64,000 nucleotides of DNA, taken from assembly GCA_025594325.1 (NCBI GenBank), contig JANHCV010000017.1, forward strand, positions 310,001 to 374,000, given 5' to 3'. Source of the stretch: Blastocladiella emersonii ATCC 22665 (Eukaryota; Fungi; Blastocladiomycota). Positions 47,959 to 61,919 of the stretch are shown piece after piece. Positions within the stretch are counted from its first letter, which is position 1; every line of letters begins with the position of its first letter. Below the pieces are notes generated by a model. It saw only the letters and a program-made list of their open reading frames with translations. It had not been told where the DNA came from and made no database searches. The translations under genes and the position numbers were made by a program.

Positions 47959-50925
47959 CGCCAGATACCCAAATCTACGACCACGTTGCGCACACTCCAC
48001 TAGCCAACTCTTCGATCCCCTAATTATGGAGCCCGTCGTCAAAGTCCACGGTCCAATCAACGAGGTAAACAGCGAACTTGTCAAACTGCCAACCTGCCAA
48101 CCAAACACCCACGCCGCTTCTCAAGCCACGGTGGGCCCGCGCATTTGCGTTGCCGTCCCAGCCAACGAAGGAATGACTGATGAGCCCTGGTAGCCTGCTA
48201 GACTGACAGCCTGACAGCGCCCGCTCAGTTGCTATTATCTATCTCGTAGGTAGTCTGGGAGGAGTTCGTTAGTCGATACGCGACCAGTCTCCTCCTGGCT
48301 GCCCGCTCTGCTGCCATCTCCAAGGCCCGCATGAAGATGGGCCAGGGAGGTTTACGAGCATTTCCTATCTCTCCTCTCTCCGTGTGAAACCATTCACCCG
48401 CGGACGGATGCGCACCACGCACCGTGCACCGCGCACCGCGCACCGCGCACCGCGCACCGTGCACCGCGCACCGCGCACCGCGCACAGCGCACCGCGGACA
48501 GCGCCCGATGCACCACACGCTGCGCACACGGCGCCAACGGCCACGCTGGTGTCACGCACACACACTCGCATGAACGGCAAGCAGGCAAGGCTTCCTCAAC
48601 TCAACCATGATCCATCGTCCATGTCTGCTCGCTCCAACGGGTGCGCCTGCCTACCCTCCCAGTGCCATCGATTGATTGATTCATGTCCAGTGCTGCCCAT
48701 GCTTTCATGGCCGCGGGGTCCGTCAGAACGCCTTGCAATGCGTGCGCCTGCATGCACCTGCACTGCAGAGCGCTGCAGAGGGCTGCACAGCGCTGCGGAG
48801 GGCTGCACAGCGCTGCGGAGGGCTGCAGAGGGCTAAGGCGGCAGGGCTTCTCCTCCTGCAGGGGACAGTACCAAGGCCAAGGAGTGCTAGTGACTACTAA
48901 CGGAATGGTGATTGGCCCCCTTCACACGCTCCTGGCAGGACTGCGTGTGGGCGTGCGGGCGTTTGTGCGTGCGTGCCTTGATTCGTCCACCATCATACGC
49001 GCAAAGTGACCAAGTGACCAAGTGACCAAGTGACCAAGTGACCAAGTGACCAAGGTGACCAAGGTGACCAAGGTGACCAAGGTGACCAAGGTGACCAAGT
49101 GACACACAAGCACCAAGCTAGGGTGGCCGGGCGGCCATGGAACGTACTGCATGGGAACCATTACCGTGGACTGGCCGCGGCCATTTATCGCAGCACAGCC
49201 CTGCCTGGCTCAGGACGCGGCGGGCGTGGGAGGCAGGCAGGGTAGATCGGTAGCAGCAGCAGGACCTGGCTAGCTGGCTGTCAAACAACACAAGTGAAGG
49301 GGTGCGTGAGGGAGGGTGTGTTGAATGAATGGATGGGTGGATGCAGGCAGAGAGAGACCTTCGTACGTGTCGTGGGTGATGAGGATTGGTTGGCCACCAT
49401 CCACCAACGCCATGGCATGGCTGCGGGTGTCGCTGCGTGCGCCTTGGCGGGTGGTGTTGGTGGGTGGGTGGTCTTGGTGGGTGCTGTGGTGGTAGTGGAG
49501 CTAGAGTGGTGCCGTGGGGCTCTTGGGGTCCCCTTTCCTTCCTGTCTGGCCTAGGTGGGTCGGCGGACGCAGCGCGCATGCGGGCAAGGTAACAACATTG
49601 CTCACGCAATGGATCATGTATTTTATGGCAAGTAGTCTGCGAAGCAGAGACGGGGATGTCCGGCCCAATCGGACCCTCCACGGATCACAATATGCACGCA
49701 ATGAATTGACTGATGATAGGGATGTACCAAACCAGCCACGTAGACAATTGTCGTGGTTGTCGAACAAAACCATATTCAAATCTTTGGCAACGCGCCTGTC
49801 CAGCTAGCCAGGGACCCATGAATCACAGTATCGACCCAACAAGATATTAGACCATGGTAATATAGTAAACCAACCTCGTACATAATTGTCATGGTACTCA
49901 AACAAAACCATATTCAAGTCTTTGCTTTCCCGCATATCCAGCTGGCCAGGGACCCATAAATCACAGTATCGAACGAACAAGATATCTTACCATGGAAATA
50001 TAGTTAACCAGCCACGCGGACAATTGTCATGGTACTCAATCGAGACCACATTCAAGTCTTTGCTCTCCCGCATGTCAAGCTGGTTGAAGGCCCATTAATC
50101 ACAGTATCGACCCAACAAGATATTTGACCATGGAAACATAGTAAACCAGCCACGCGGATAATTGTCATGGTACTCAATCAAAACCATATTCATATTTTTG
50201 CTTCCCCGCATGTCAAGCTGGTTGAAGACCCATTAATCACAGTATCGAACCAACAAAATATCTGACCATGGAAATATAGTTAACCAGCCACGCGGACAAT
50301 TGTCATGGTACTCAATCGAAACCACATTCAAGTCTTTGCTCTCCCGCATGTCAAGCTGGTTGAAGGCCCATAAATCACAGTATCGACCCAACAAGATATT
50401 TGACCATGGAAATATAGTAAACCAGCCACGCGGACAATTGTCATGGTACTCAATCGAAACCATATTCAAGTCTTTGCTTTCCCGCACGTCCAGCTGGTTG
50501 AAGGCCCATAAATCACAGTATCGACCCAACAAAGTATCTGACAACCGAAATATAGCAGACAATCCACGCAGACAATTGTCATGCCACCTAATCAAAACCA
50601 TATTCAAGTCTTTGCTTTCCCACATGTCAAGCTGGTTGAAGGCCCATAAATCACAGTATCGAACCAACGAAATATCTGACCATGGAAATATAGTAAAGCA
50701 GCCACGCAGATAATTGTCATGGTACTCAATCAAAACCATATTCAAGTCTTTGCTTTCCCGCACGTCCAGCTGGTTGAAGGCCCATAAATCACAGTATCGA
50801 ACGAACAAGATATCTTACCATGGAAATATAGTTAACCAGCCACGCAAATGATTGTCATGCCACTTAATCAAAACCATACTCAAATGGTCGATTACCCTCA
50901 CGTCCAAGCGGCCAAGGACCCAAAC
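47959..50925. repeat. Monomer 18 (2967 bp): 9 x 138 bp (49684-50925)
   Basis: +20, +16; block gives the same ORF translations as monomer 12. Confidence 0.97.
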
Positions 50926-53596
50926 CGCCAGATACCCAAATCTACGACCACGTTGCGCACACTCCACTAGCCAACTCTTCGATCCCCTAATTATGGAGCC
51001 CGTCGTCAAAGTCCACGGTCCAATCAACGAGGTAAACAGCGAACTTGTCAAACTGCCAACCTGCCAACCAAACACCCACGCCGCTTCTCAAGCCACGGTG
51101 GGCCCGCGCATTTGCGTTGCCGTCCCAGCCAACGAAGGAATGACTGATGAGCCCTGGTAGCCTGCTAGACTGACAGCCTGACAGCGCCCGCTCAGTTGCT
51201 ATTATCTATCTCGTAGGTAGTCTGGGAGGAGTTCGTTAGTCGATACGCGACCAGTCTCCTCCTGGCTGCCCGCTCTGCTGCCATCTCCAAGGCCCGCATG
51301 AAGATGGGCCAGGGAGGTTTACGAGCATTTCCTATCTCTCCTCTCTCCGTGTGAAACCATTCACCCGCGGACGGATGCGCACCACGCACCGTGCACCGCG
51401 CACCGCGCACCGCGCACCGCGCACCGTGCACCGCGCACCGCGCACCGCGCACAGCGCACCGCGGACAGCGCCCGATGCACCACACGCTGCGCACACGGCG
51501 CCAACGGCCACGCTGGTGTCACGCACACACACTCGCATGAACGGCAAGCAGGCAAGGCTTCCTCAACTCAACCATGATCCATCGTCCATGTCTGCTCGCT
51601 CCAACGGGTGCGCCTGCCTACCCTCCCAGTGCCATCGATTGATTGATTCATGTCCAGTGCTGCCCATGCTTTCATGGCCGCGGGGTCCGTCAGAACGCCT
51701 TGCAATGCGTGCGCCTGCATGCACCTGCACTGCAGAGCGCTGCAGAGGGCTGCACAGCGCTGCGGAGGGCTGCAGAGGGCTAAGGCGGCAGGGCTTCTCC
51801 TCCTGCAGGGGACAGTACCAAGGCCAAGGAGTGCTAGTGACTACTAACGGAATGGTGATTGGCCCCCTTCACACGCTCCTGGCAGGACTGCGTGTGGGCG
51901 TGCGGGCGTTTGTGCGTGCGTGCCTTGATTCGTCCACCATCATACGCGCAAAGTGACCAAGTGACCAAGTGACCAAGTGACCAAGTGACCAAGTGACCAA
52001 GGTGACCAAGGTGACCAAGGTGACCAAGGTGACCAAGGTGACCAAGTGACACACAAGCACCAAGCTAGGGTGGCCGGGCGGCCATGGAACGTACTGCATG
52101 GGAACCATTACCGTGGACTGGCCGCGGCCATTTATCGCAGCACAGCCCTGCCTGGCTCAGGACGCGGCGGGCGTGGGAGGCAGGCAGGGTAGATCGGTAG
52201 CAGCAGCAGGACCTGGCTAGCTGGCTGTCAAACAACACAAGTGAAGGGGTGCGTGAGGGAGGGTGTGTTGAATGAATGGATGGGTGGATGCAGGCAGAGA
52301 GAGACCTTCGTACGTGTCGTGGGTGATGAGGATTGGTTGGCCACCATCCACCAACGCCATGGCATGGCTGCGGGTGTCGCTGCGTGCGCCTTGGCGGGTG
52401 GTGTTGGTGGGTGGGTGGTCTTGGTGGGTGCTGTGGTGGTAGTGGAGCTAGAGTGGTGCCGTGGGGCTCTTGGGGTCCCCTTTCCTTCCTGTCTGGCCTA
52501 GGTGGGTCGGCGGACGCAGCGCGCATGCGGGCAAGGTAACAACATTGCTCACGCAATGGATCATGTATTTTATGGCAAGTAGTCTGCGAAGCAGAGACGG
52601 GGATGTCCGGCCCAATCGGACCCTCCACGGATCACAATATGCACGCAATGAATTGACTGATGATAGGGATGTACCAAACCAGCCACGTAGACAATTGTCG
52701 TGGTTGTCGAACAAAACCATATTCAAATCTTTGGCAACGCGCCTGTCCAGCTAGCCAGGGACCCATGAATCACAGTATCGACCCAACAAGATATTAGACC
52801 ATGGTAATATAGTAAACCAACCTCGTACATAATTGTCATGGTACTCAAACAAAACCATATTCAAGTCTTTGCTTTCCCGCATATCCAGCTGGCCAGGGAC
52901 CCATAAATCACAGTATCGAACGAACAAGATATCTTACCATGGAAATATAGTTAACCAGCCACGCGGACAATTGTCATGGTACTCAATCGAGACCACATTC
53001 AAGTCTTTGCTCTCCCGCATGTCAAGCTGGTTGAAGGCCCATTAATCACAGTATCGACCCAACAAGATATTTGACCATGGAAACATAGTAAACCAGCCAC
53101 GCGGATAATTGTCATGGTACTCAATCAAAACCATATTCAAGTCTTTGCTTTCCCGCACGTCCAGCTGGTTGAAGGCCCATAAATCACAGTATCGACCCAA
53201 CAAAGTATCTGACAACCGAAATATAGCAGACAATCCACGCAGACAATTGTCATGCCACCTAATCAAAACCATATTCAAGTCTTTGCTTTCCCACATGTCA
53301 AGCTGGTTGAAGGCCCATAAATCACAGTATCGAACCAACAAAATATCTGACCATGGAAATATAGTAAAGCAGCCACGCAGATAATTGTCATGGTACTTAA
53401 TCAAAACCATATTCATATTTTTGCTTCCCCGCATGTCAAGCTGGTTGAAGGCCCATAAATCACAGTATCGAACGAACAAGATATCTTACCATGGAAATAT
53501 AGTTAACCAGCCACGCAAATGATTGTCATGCCACTTAATCAAAACCATACTCAAATGGTCGATTACCCTCACGTCCAAGCGGCCAAGGACCCAAAC
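50926..53596. repeat. Monomer 19 (2671 bp): 7 x 138 bp (52631-53596)
   Basis: +16 only. Confidence 0.97.
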
Positions 53597-56557
53597 CGCC
53601 AGATACCCAAATCTACGACCACGTTGCGCACACTCCACTAGCCAACTCTTCGATCCCCTAATTATGGAGCCCGTCGTCAAAGTCCACGGTCCAATCAACG
53701 AGGTAAACAGCGAACTTGTCAAACTGCCAACCTGCCAACCAAACACCCACGCCGCTTCTCAAGCCACGGTGGGCCCGCGCATTTGCGTTGCCGTCCCAGC
53801 CAACGAAGGAATGACTGATGAGCCCTGGTAGCCTGCTAGACTGACAGCCTGACAGCGCCCGCTCAGTTGCTATTATCTATCTCGTAGGTAGTCTGGGAGG
53901 AGTTCGTTAGTCGATACGCGACCAGTCTCCTCCTGGCTGCCCGCTCTGCTGCCATCTCCAAGGCCCGCATGAAGATGGGCCAGGGAGGTTTACGAGCATT
54001 TCCTATCTCTCCTCTCTCCGTGTGAAACCATTCACCCGCGGACGGATGCGCACCACGCACCGTGCACCGCGCACCGCGCACCGCGCACCGCGCACCGTGC
54101 ACCGCGCACCGCGCACCGCGCACAGCGCACCGCGGACAGCGCACCGCGGACAGCGCCCGATGCACCACACGCTGCGCACACGGCGCCAACGGCCACGCTG
54201 GTGTCACGCACACACACTCGCATGAACGGCAAGCAGGCAAGGCTTCCTCAACTCAACCATGATCCATCGTCCATGTCTGCTCGCTCCAACGGGTGCGCCT
54301 GCCTACCCTCCCAGTGCCATCGATTGATTGATTCATGTCCAGTGCTGCCCATGCTTTCATGGCCGCGGGGTCCGTCAGAACGCCTTGCAATGCGTGCGCC
54401 TGCATGCACCTGCACTGCAGAGCGCTGCAGAGGGCTGCACAGCGCTGCGGAGGGCTGCAGAGGGCTAAGGCGGCAGGGCTTCTCCTCCTGCAGGGGACAG
54501 TACCAAGGCCAAGGAGTGCTAGTGACTACTAACGGAATGGTGATTGGCCCCCTTCACACGCTCCTGGCAGGACTGCGTGTGGGCGTGCGGGCGTTTGTGC
54601 GTGCGTGCCTTGATTCGTCCACCATCATACGCGCAAAGTGACCAAGTGACCAAGTGACCAAGTGACCAAGTGACCAAGTGACCAAGGTGACCAAGGTGAC
54701 CAAGGTGACCAAGGTGACCAAGGTGACCAAGTGACACACAAGCACCAAGCTAGGGTGGCCGGGCGGCCATGGAACGTACTGCATGGGAACCATTACCGTG
54801 GACTGGCCGCGGCCATTTATCGCAGCACAGCCCTGCCTGGCTCAGGACGCGGCGGGCGTGGGAGGCAGGCAGGGTAGATCGGTAGCAGCAGCAGGACCTG
54901 GCTAGCTGGCTGTCAAACAACACAAGTGAAGGGGTGCGTGAGGGAGGGTGTGTTGAATGAATGGATGGGTGGATGCAGGCAGAGAGAGACCTTCGTACGT
55001 GTCGTGGGTGATGAGGATTGGTTGGCCACCATCCACCAACGCCATGGCATGGCTGCGGGTGTCGCTGCGTGCGCCTTGGCGGGTGGTGTTGGTGGGTGGG
55101 TGGTCTTGGTGGGTGCTGTGGTGGTAGTGGAGCTAGAGTGGTGCCGTGGGGCTCTTGGGGTCCCCTTTCCTTCCTGTCTGGCCTAGGTGGGTCGGCGGAC
55201 GCAGCGCGCATGCGGGCAAGGTAACAACATTGCTCACGCAATGGATCATGTATTTTATGGCAAGTAGTCTGCGAAGCAGAGACGGGGATGTCCGGCCCAA
55301 TCGGACCCTCCACGGATCACAATATGCACGCAATGAATTGACTGATGATAGGGATGTACCAAACCAGCCACGTAGACAATTGTCGTGGTTGTCGAACAAA
55401 ACCATATTCAAATCTTTGGCAACGCGCCTGTCCAGCTAGCCAGGGACCCATGAATCACAGTATCGACCCAACAAGATATTAGACCATGGTAATATAGTAA
55501 ACCAACCTCGTACATAATTGTCATGGTACTCAAACAAAACCATATTCAAGTCTTTGCTTTCCCGCATATCCAGCTGGCCAGGGACCCATAAATCACAGTA
55601 TCGAACGAACAAGATATCTTACCATGGAAATATAGTTAACCAGCCACGCGGACAATTGTCATGGTACTCAATCGAGACCACATTCAAGTCTTTGCTCTCC
55701 CGCATGTCAAGCTGGTTGAAGGCCCATTAATCACAGTATCGACCCAACAAGATATTTGACCATGGAAACATAGTAAACCAGCCACGCGGATAATTGTCAT
55801 GGTACTCAATCAAAACCATATTCATATTTTTGCTTCCCCGCATGTCAAGCTGGTTGAAGGCCCATTAATCACAGTATCGAACCAACAAAATATCTGACCA
55901 TGGAAATATAGTTAACCAGCCACGCGGACAATTGTCATGGTACTCAATCGAGACCACATTCAAGTCTTTGCTCTCCCGCATGTCAAGCTGGTTGAAGGCC
56001 CATTAATCACAGTATCGACCCAACAAGATATTTGACCATGGAAACATAGTAAACCAGCCACGCGGATAATTGTCATGGTACTCAATCAAAACCATATTCA
56101 AGTCTTTGCTTTCCCGCACGTCCAGCTGGTTGAAGGCCCATAAATCACAGTATCGACCCAACAAAGTATCTGACAACCGAAATATAGCAGACAATCCACG
56201 CAGACAATTGTCATGCCACCTAATCAAAACCATATTCCAGTCTTTGCTTTCCCACATGTCAAGCTGGTTGAAGGCCCATAAATCACAGTATCGAACCAAC
56301 GAAATATCTGACCATGGAAATATAGTAAACCAGCCACGCGGATAATTGTCATGGTACTCAATCAAAACCATATTCAAGTCTTTGCTTTCCCGCACGTCCA
56401 GCTGGTTGAAGGCCCATAAATCACAGTATCGAACGAACAAGATATCTTACCATGGAAATATAGTTAACCAGCCACGCAAATGATTGTCATGCCACTTAAT
56501 CAAAACCATACTCAAATGGTCGATTACCCTCACGTCCAAGCGGCCAAGGACCCAAAC
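53597..56557. repeat. Monomer 20 (2961 bp): 9 x 138 bp (55316-56557)
   Basis: +14, +16; private A>C at 56238. Confidence 0.97.
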
Positions 56558-59248
56558 CGCCAGATACCCAAATCTACGACCACGTTGCGCACACTCCACT
56601 AGCCAACTCTTCGATCCCCTAATTATGGAGCCCGTCGTCAAAGTCCACGGTCCAATCAACGAGGTAAACAGCGAACTTGTCAAACTGCCAACCTGCCAAC
56701 CAAACACCCACGCCGCTTCTCAAGCCACGGTGGGCCCGCGCATTTGCGTTGCCGTCCCAGCCAACGAAGGAATGACTGATGAGCCCTGGTAGCCTGCTAG
56801 ACTGACAGCCTGACAGCGCCCGCTCAGTTGCTATTATCTATCTCGTAGGTAGTCTGGGAGGAGTTCGTTAGTCGATACGCGACCAGTCTCCTCCTGGCTG
56901 CCCGCTCTGCTGCCATCTCCAAGGCCCGCATGAAGATGGGCCAGGGAGGTTTACGAGCATTTCCTATCTCTCCTCTCTCCGTGTGAAACCATTCACCCGC
57001 GGACGGATGCGCACCACGCACCGTGCACCGCGCACCGCGCACCGCGCACCGCGCACCGTGCACCGCGCACCGCGCACCGCGCACAGCGCACCGCGGACAG
57101 CGCCCGATGCACCACACGCTGCGCACACGGCGCCAACGGCCACGCTGGTGTCACGCACACACACTCGCATGAACGGCAAGCAGGCAAGGCTTCCTCAACT
57201 CAACCATGATCCATCGTCCATGTCTGCTCGCTCCAACGGGTGCGCCTGCCTACCCTCCCAGTGCCATCGATTGATTGATTCATGTCCAGTGCTGCCCATG
57301 CTTTCATGGCCGCGGGGTCCGTCAGAACGCCTTGCAATGCGTGCGCCTGCATGCACCTGCACTGCAGAGCGCTGCAGAGGGCTGCACAGCGCTGCGGAGG
57401 GCTGCACAGCGCTGCGGAGGGCTGCAGAGGGCTAAGGCGGCAGGGCTTCTCCTCCTGCAGGGGACAGTACCAAGGCCAAGGAGTGCTAGTGACTACTAAC
57501 GGAATGGTGATTGGCCCCCTTCACACGCTCCTGGCAGGACTGCGTGTGGGCGTGCGGGCGTTTGTGCGTGCGTGCCTTGATTCGTCCACCATCATACGCG
57601 CAAAGTGACCAAGTGACCAAGTGACCAAGTGACCAAGTGACCAAGTGACCAAGGTGACCAAGGTGACCAAGGTGACCAAGGTGACCAAGGTGACCAAGTG
57701 ACACACAAGCACCAAGCTAGGGTGGCCGGGCGGCCATGGAACGTACTGCATGGGAACCATTACCGTGGACTGGCCGCGGCCATTTATCGCAGCACAGCCC
57801 TGCCTGGCTCAGGACGCGGCGGGCGTGGGAGGCAGGCAGGGTAGATCGGTAGCAGCAGCAGGACCTGGCTAGCTGGCTGTCAAACAACACAAGTGAAGGG
57901 GTGCGTGAGGGAGGGTGTGTTGAATGAATGGATGGGTGGATGCAGGCAGAGAGAGACCTTCGTACGTGTCGTGGGTGATGAGGATTGGTTGGCCACCATC
58001 CACCAACGCCATGGCATGGCTGCGGGTGTCGCTGCGTGCGCCTTGGCGGGTGGTGTTGGTGGGTGGGTGGTCTTGGTGGGTGCTGTGGTGGTAGTGGAGC
58101 TAGAGTGGTGCCGTGGGGCTCTTGGGGTCCCCTTTCCTTCCTGTCTGGCCTAGGTGGGTCGGCGGACGCAGCGCGCATGCGGGCAAGGTAACAACATTGC
58201 TCACGCAATGGATCATGTATTTTATGGCAAGTAGTCTGCGAAGCAGAGACGGGGATGTCCGGCCCAATCGGACCCTCCACGGATCACAATATGCACGCAA
58301 TGAATTGACTGATGATAGGGATGTACCAAACCAGCCACGTAGACAATTGTCGTGGTTGTCGAACAAAACCATATTCAAATCTTTGGCAACGCGCCTGTCC
58401 AGCTAGCCAGGGACCCATGAATCACAGTATCGACCCAACAAGATATTAGACCATGGTAATATAGTAAACCAACCTCGTACATAATTGTCATGGTACTCAA
58501 ACAAAACCATATTCAAGTCTTTGCTTTCCCGCATATCCAGCTGGCCAGGGACCCATAAATCACAGTATCGAACGAACAAGATATCTTACCATGGAAATAT
58601 AGTTAACCAGCCACGCGGACAATTGTCATGGTACTCAATCGAGACCACATTCAAGTCTTTGCTCTCCCGCATGTCAAGCTGGTTGAAGGCCCATTAATCA
58701 CAGTATCGACCCAACAAGATATTTGACCATGGAAACATAGTAAACCAGCCACGCGGATAATTGTCATGGTACTCAATCAAAACCATATTCAAGTCTTTGC
58801 TTTCCCGCACGTCCAGCTGGTTGAAGGCCCATAAATCACAGTATCGACCCAACAAAGTATCTGACAACCGAAATATAGCAGACAATCCACGCAGACAATT
58901 GTCATGCCACCTAATCAAAACCATATTCAAGTCTTTGCTTTCCCACATGTCAAGCTGGTTGAAGGCCCATAAATCACAGTATCGAACCAACGAAATATCT
59001 GACCATGGAAATATAGTAAAGCAGCCACGCAGATAATTGTCATGGTACTCAATCAAAACCATATTCAAGTCTTTGCTTTCCCGCACGTCCAGCTGGTTGA
59101 AGGCCCATAAATCACAGTATCGAACGAACAAGATATCTTACCATGGAAATATAGTTAACCAGCCACGCAAATGATTGTCATGCCACTTAATCAAAACCAT
59201 ACTCAAATGGTCGATTACCCTCACGTCCAAGCGGCCAAGGACCCAAAC
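56558..59248. repeat. Monomer 21 (2691 bp): 7 x 138 bp (58283-59248)
   Basis: +20, +16. Confidence 0.97.
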
Positions 59249-61919
59249 CGCCAGATACCCAAATCTACGACCACGTTGCGCACACTCCACTAGCCAACTC
59301 TTCGATCCCCTAATTATGGAGCCCGTCGTCAAAGTCCACGGTCCAATCAACGAGGTAAACAGCGAACTTGTCAAACTGCCAACCTGCCAACCAAACACCC
59401 ACGCCGCTTCTCAAGCCACGGTGGGCCCGCGCATTTGCGTTGCCGTCCCAGCCAACGAAGGAATGACTGATGAGCCCTGGTAGCCTGCTAGACTGACAGC
59501 CTGACAGCGCCCGCTCAGTTGCTATTATCTATCTCGTAGGTAGTCTGGGAGGAGTTCGTTAGTCGATACGCGACCAGTCTCCTCCTGGCTGCCCGCTCTG
59601 CTGCCATCTCCAAGGCCCGCATGAAGATGGGCCAGGGAGGTTTACGAGCATTTCCTATCTCTCCTCTCTCCGTGTGAAACCATTCACCCGCGGACGGATG
59701 CGCACCACGCACCGTGCACCGCGCACCGCGCACCGCGCACCGCGCACCGTGCACCGCGCACCGCGCACCGCGCACAGCGCACCGCGGACAGCGCCCGATG
59801 CACCACACGCTGCGCACACGGCGCCAACGGCCACGCTGGTGTCACGCACACACACTCGCATGAACGGCAAGCAGGCAAGGCTTCCTCAACTCAACCATGA
59901 TCCATCGTCCATGTCTGCTCGCTCCAACGGGTGCGCCTGCCTACCCTCCCAGTGCCATCGATTGATTGATTCATGTCCAGTGCTGCCCATGCTTTCATGG
60001 CCGCGGGGTCCGTCAGAACGCCTTGCAATGCGTGCGCCTGCATGCACCTGCACTGCAGAGCGCTGCAGAGGGCTGCACAGCGCTGCGGAGGGCTGCAGAG
60101 GGCTAAGGCGGCAGGGCTTCTCCTCCTGCAGGGGACAGTACCAAGGCCAAGGAGTGCTAGTGACTACTAACGGAATGGTGATTGGCCCCCTTCACACGCT
60201 CCTGGCAGGACTGCGTGTGGGCGTGCGGGCGTTTGTGCGTGCGTGCCTTGATTCGTCCACCATCATACGCGCAAAGTGACCAAGTGACCAAGTGACCAAG
60301 TGACCAAGTGACCAAGTGACCAAGGTGACCAAGGTGACCAAGGTGACCAAGGTGACCAAGGTGACCAAGTGACACACAAGCACCAAGCTAGGGTGGCCGG
60401 GCGGCCATGGAACGTACTGCATGGGAACCATTACCGTGGACTGGCCGCGGCCATTTATCGCAGCACAGCCCTGCCTGGCTCAGGACGCGGCGGGCGTGGG
60501 AGGCAGGCAGGGTAGATCGGTAGCAGCAGCAGGACCTGGCTAGCTGGCTGTCAAACAACACAAGTGAAGGGGTGCGTGAGGGAGGGTGTGTTGAATGAAT
60601 GGATGGGTGGATGCAGGCAGAGAGAGACCTTCGTACGTGTCGTGGGTGATGAGGATTGGTTGGCCACCATCCACCAACGCCATGGCATGGCTGCGGGTGT
60701 CGCTGCGTGCGCCTTGGCGGGTGGTGTTGGTGGGTGGGTGGTCTTGGTGGGTGCTGTGGTGGTAGTGGAGCTAGAGTGGTGCCGTGGGGCTCTTGGGGTC
60801 CCCTTTCCTTCCTGTCTGGCCTAGGTGGGTCGGCGGACGCAGCGCGCATGCGGGCAAGGTAACAACATTGCTCACGCAATGGATCATGTATTTTATGGCA
60901 AGTTGTCTGCGAAGCAGAGACGGGGATGTCCGGCCCAATCGGACCCTCCACGGATCACAATATGCACGCAATGAATTGACTGATGATAGGGATGTACCAA
61001 ACCAGCCACGTAGACAATTGTCGTGGTTGTCGAACAAAACCATATTCAAATCTTTGGCAACGCGCCTGTCCAGCTAGCCAGGGACCCATGAATCACAGTA
61101 TCGACCCAACAAGATATTAGACCATGGTAATATAGTAAACCAACCTCGTACATAATTGTCATGGTACTCAAACAAAACCATATTCAAGTCTTTGCTTTCC
61201 CGCATATCCAGCTGGCCAGGGACCCATAAATCACAGTATCGAACGAACAAGATATCTTACCATGGAAATATAGTTAACCAGCCACGCGGACAATTGTCAT
61301 GGTACTCAATCGAGACCACATTCAAGTCTTTGCTCTCCCGCATGTCAAGCTGGTTGAAGGCCCATTAATCACAGTATCGACCCAACAAGATATTTGACCA
61401 TGGAAACATAGTAAACCAGCCACGCGGATAATTGTCATGGTACTCAATCAAAACCATATTCAAGTCTTTGCTTTCCCGCACGTCCAGCTGGTTGAAGGCC
61501 CATAAATCACAGTATCGACCCAACAAAGTATCTGACAACCGAAATATAGCAGACAATCCACGCAGACAATTGTCATGCCACCTAATCAAAACCATATTCA
61601 AGTCTTTGCTTTCCCACATGTCAAGCTGGTTGAAGGCCCATAAATCACAGTATCGAACCAACGAAATATCTGACCATGGAAATATAGTAAAGCAGCCACG
61701 CAGATAATTGTCATGGTACTTAATCAAAACCATATTCATATTTTTGCTTCCCCGCATGTCAAGCTGGTTGAAGGCCCATAAATCACAGTATCGAACGAAC
61801 AAGATATCTTACCATGGAAATATAGTTAACCAGCCACGCAAATGATTGTCATGCCACTTAATCAAAACCATACTCAAATGGTCGATTACCCTCACGTCCA
61901 AGCGGCCAAGGACCCAAAC
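59249..61919. repeat. Monomer 22 (2671 bp): 7 x 138 bp (60954-61919)
   Basis: +16 only; private A>T at 60904. Confidence 0.97.
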
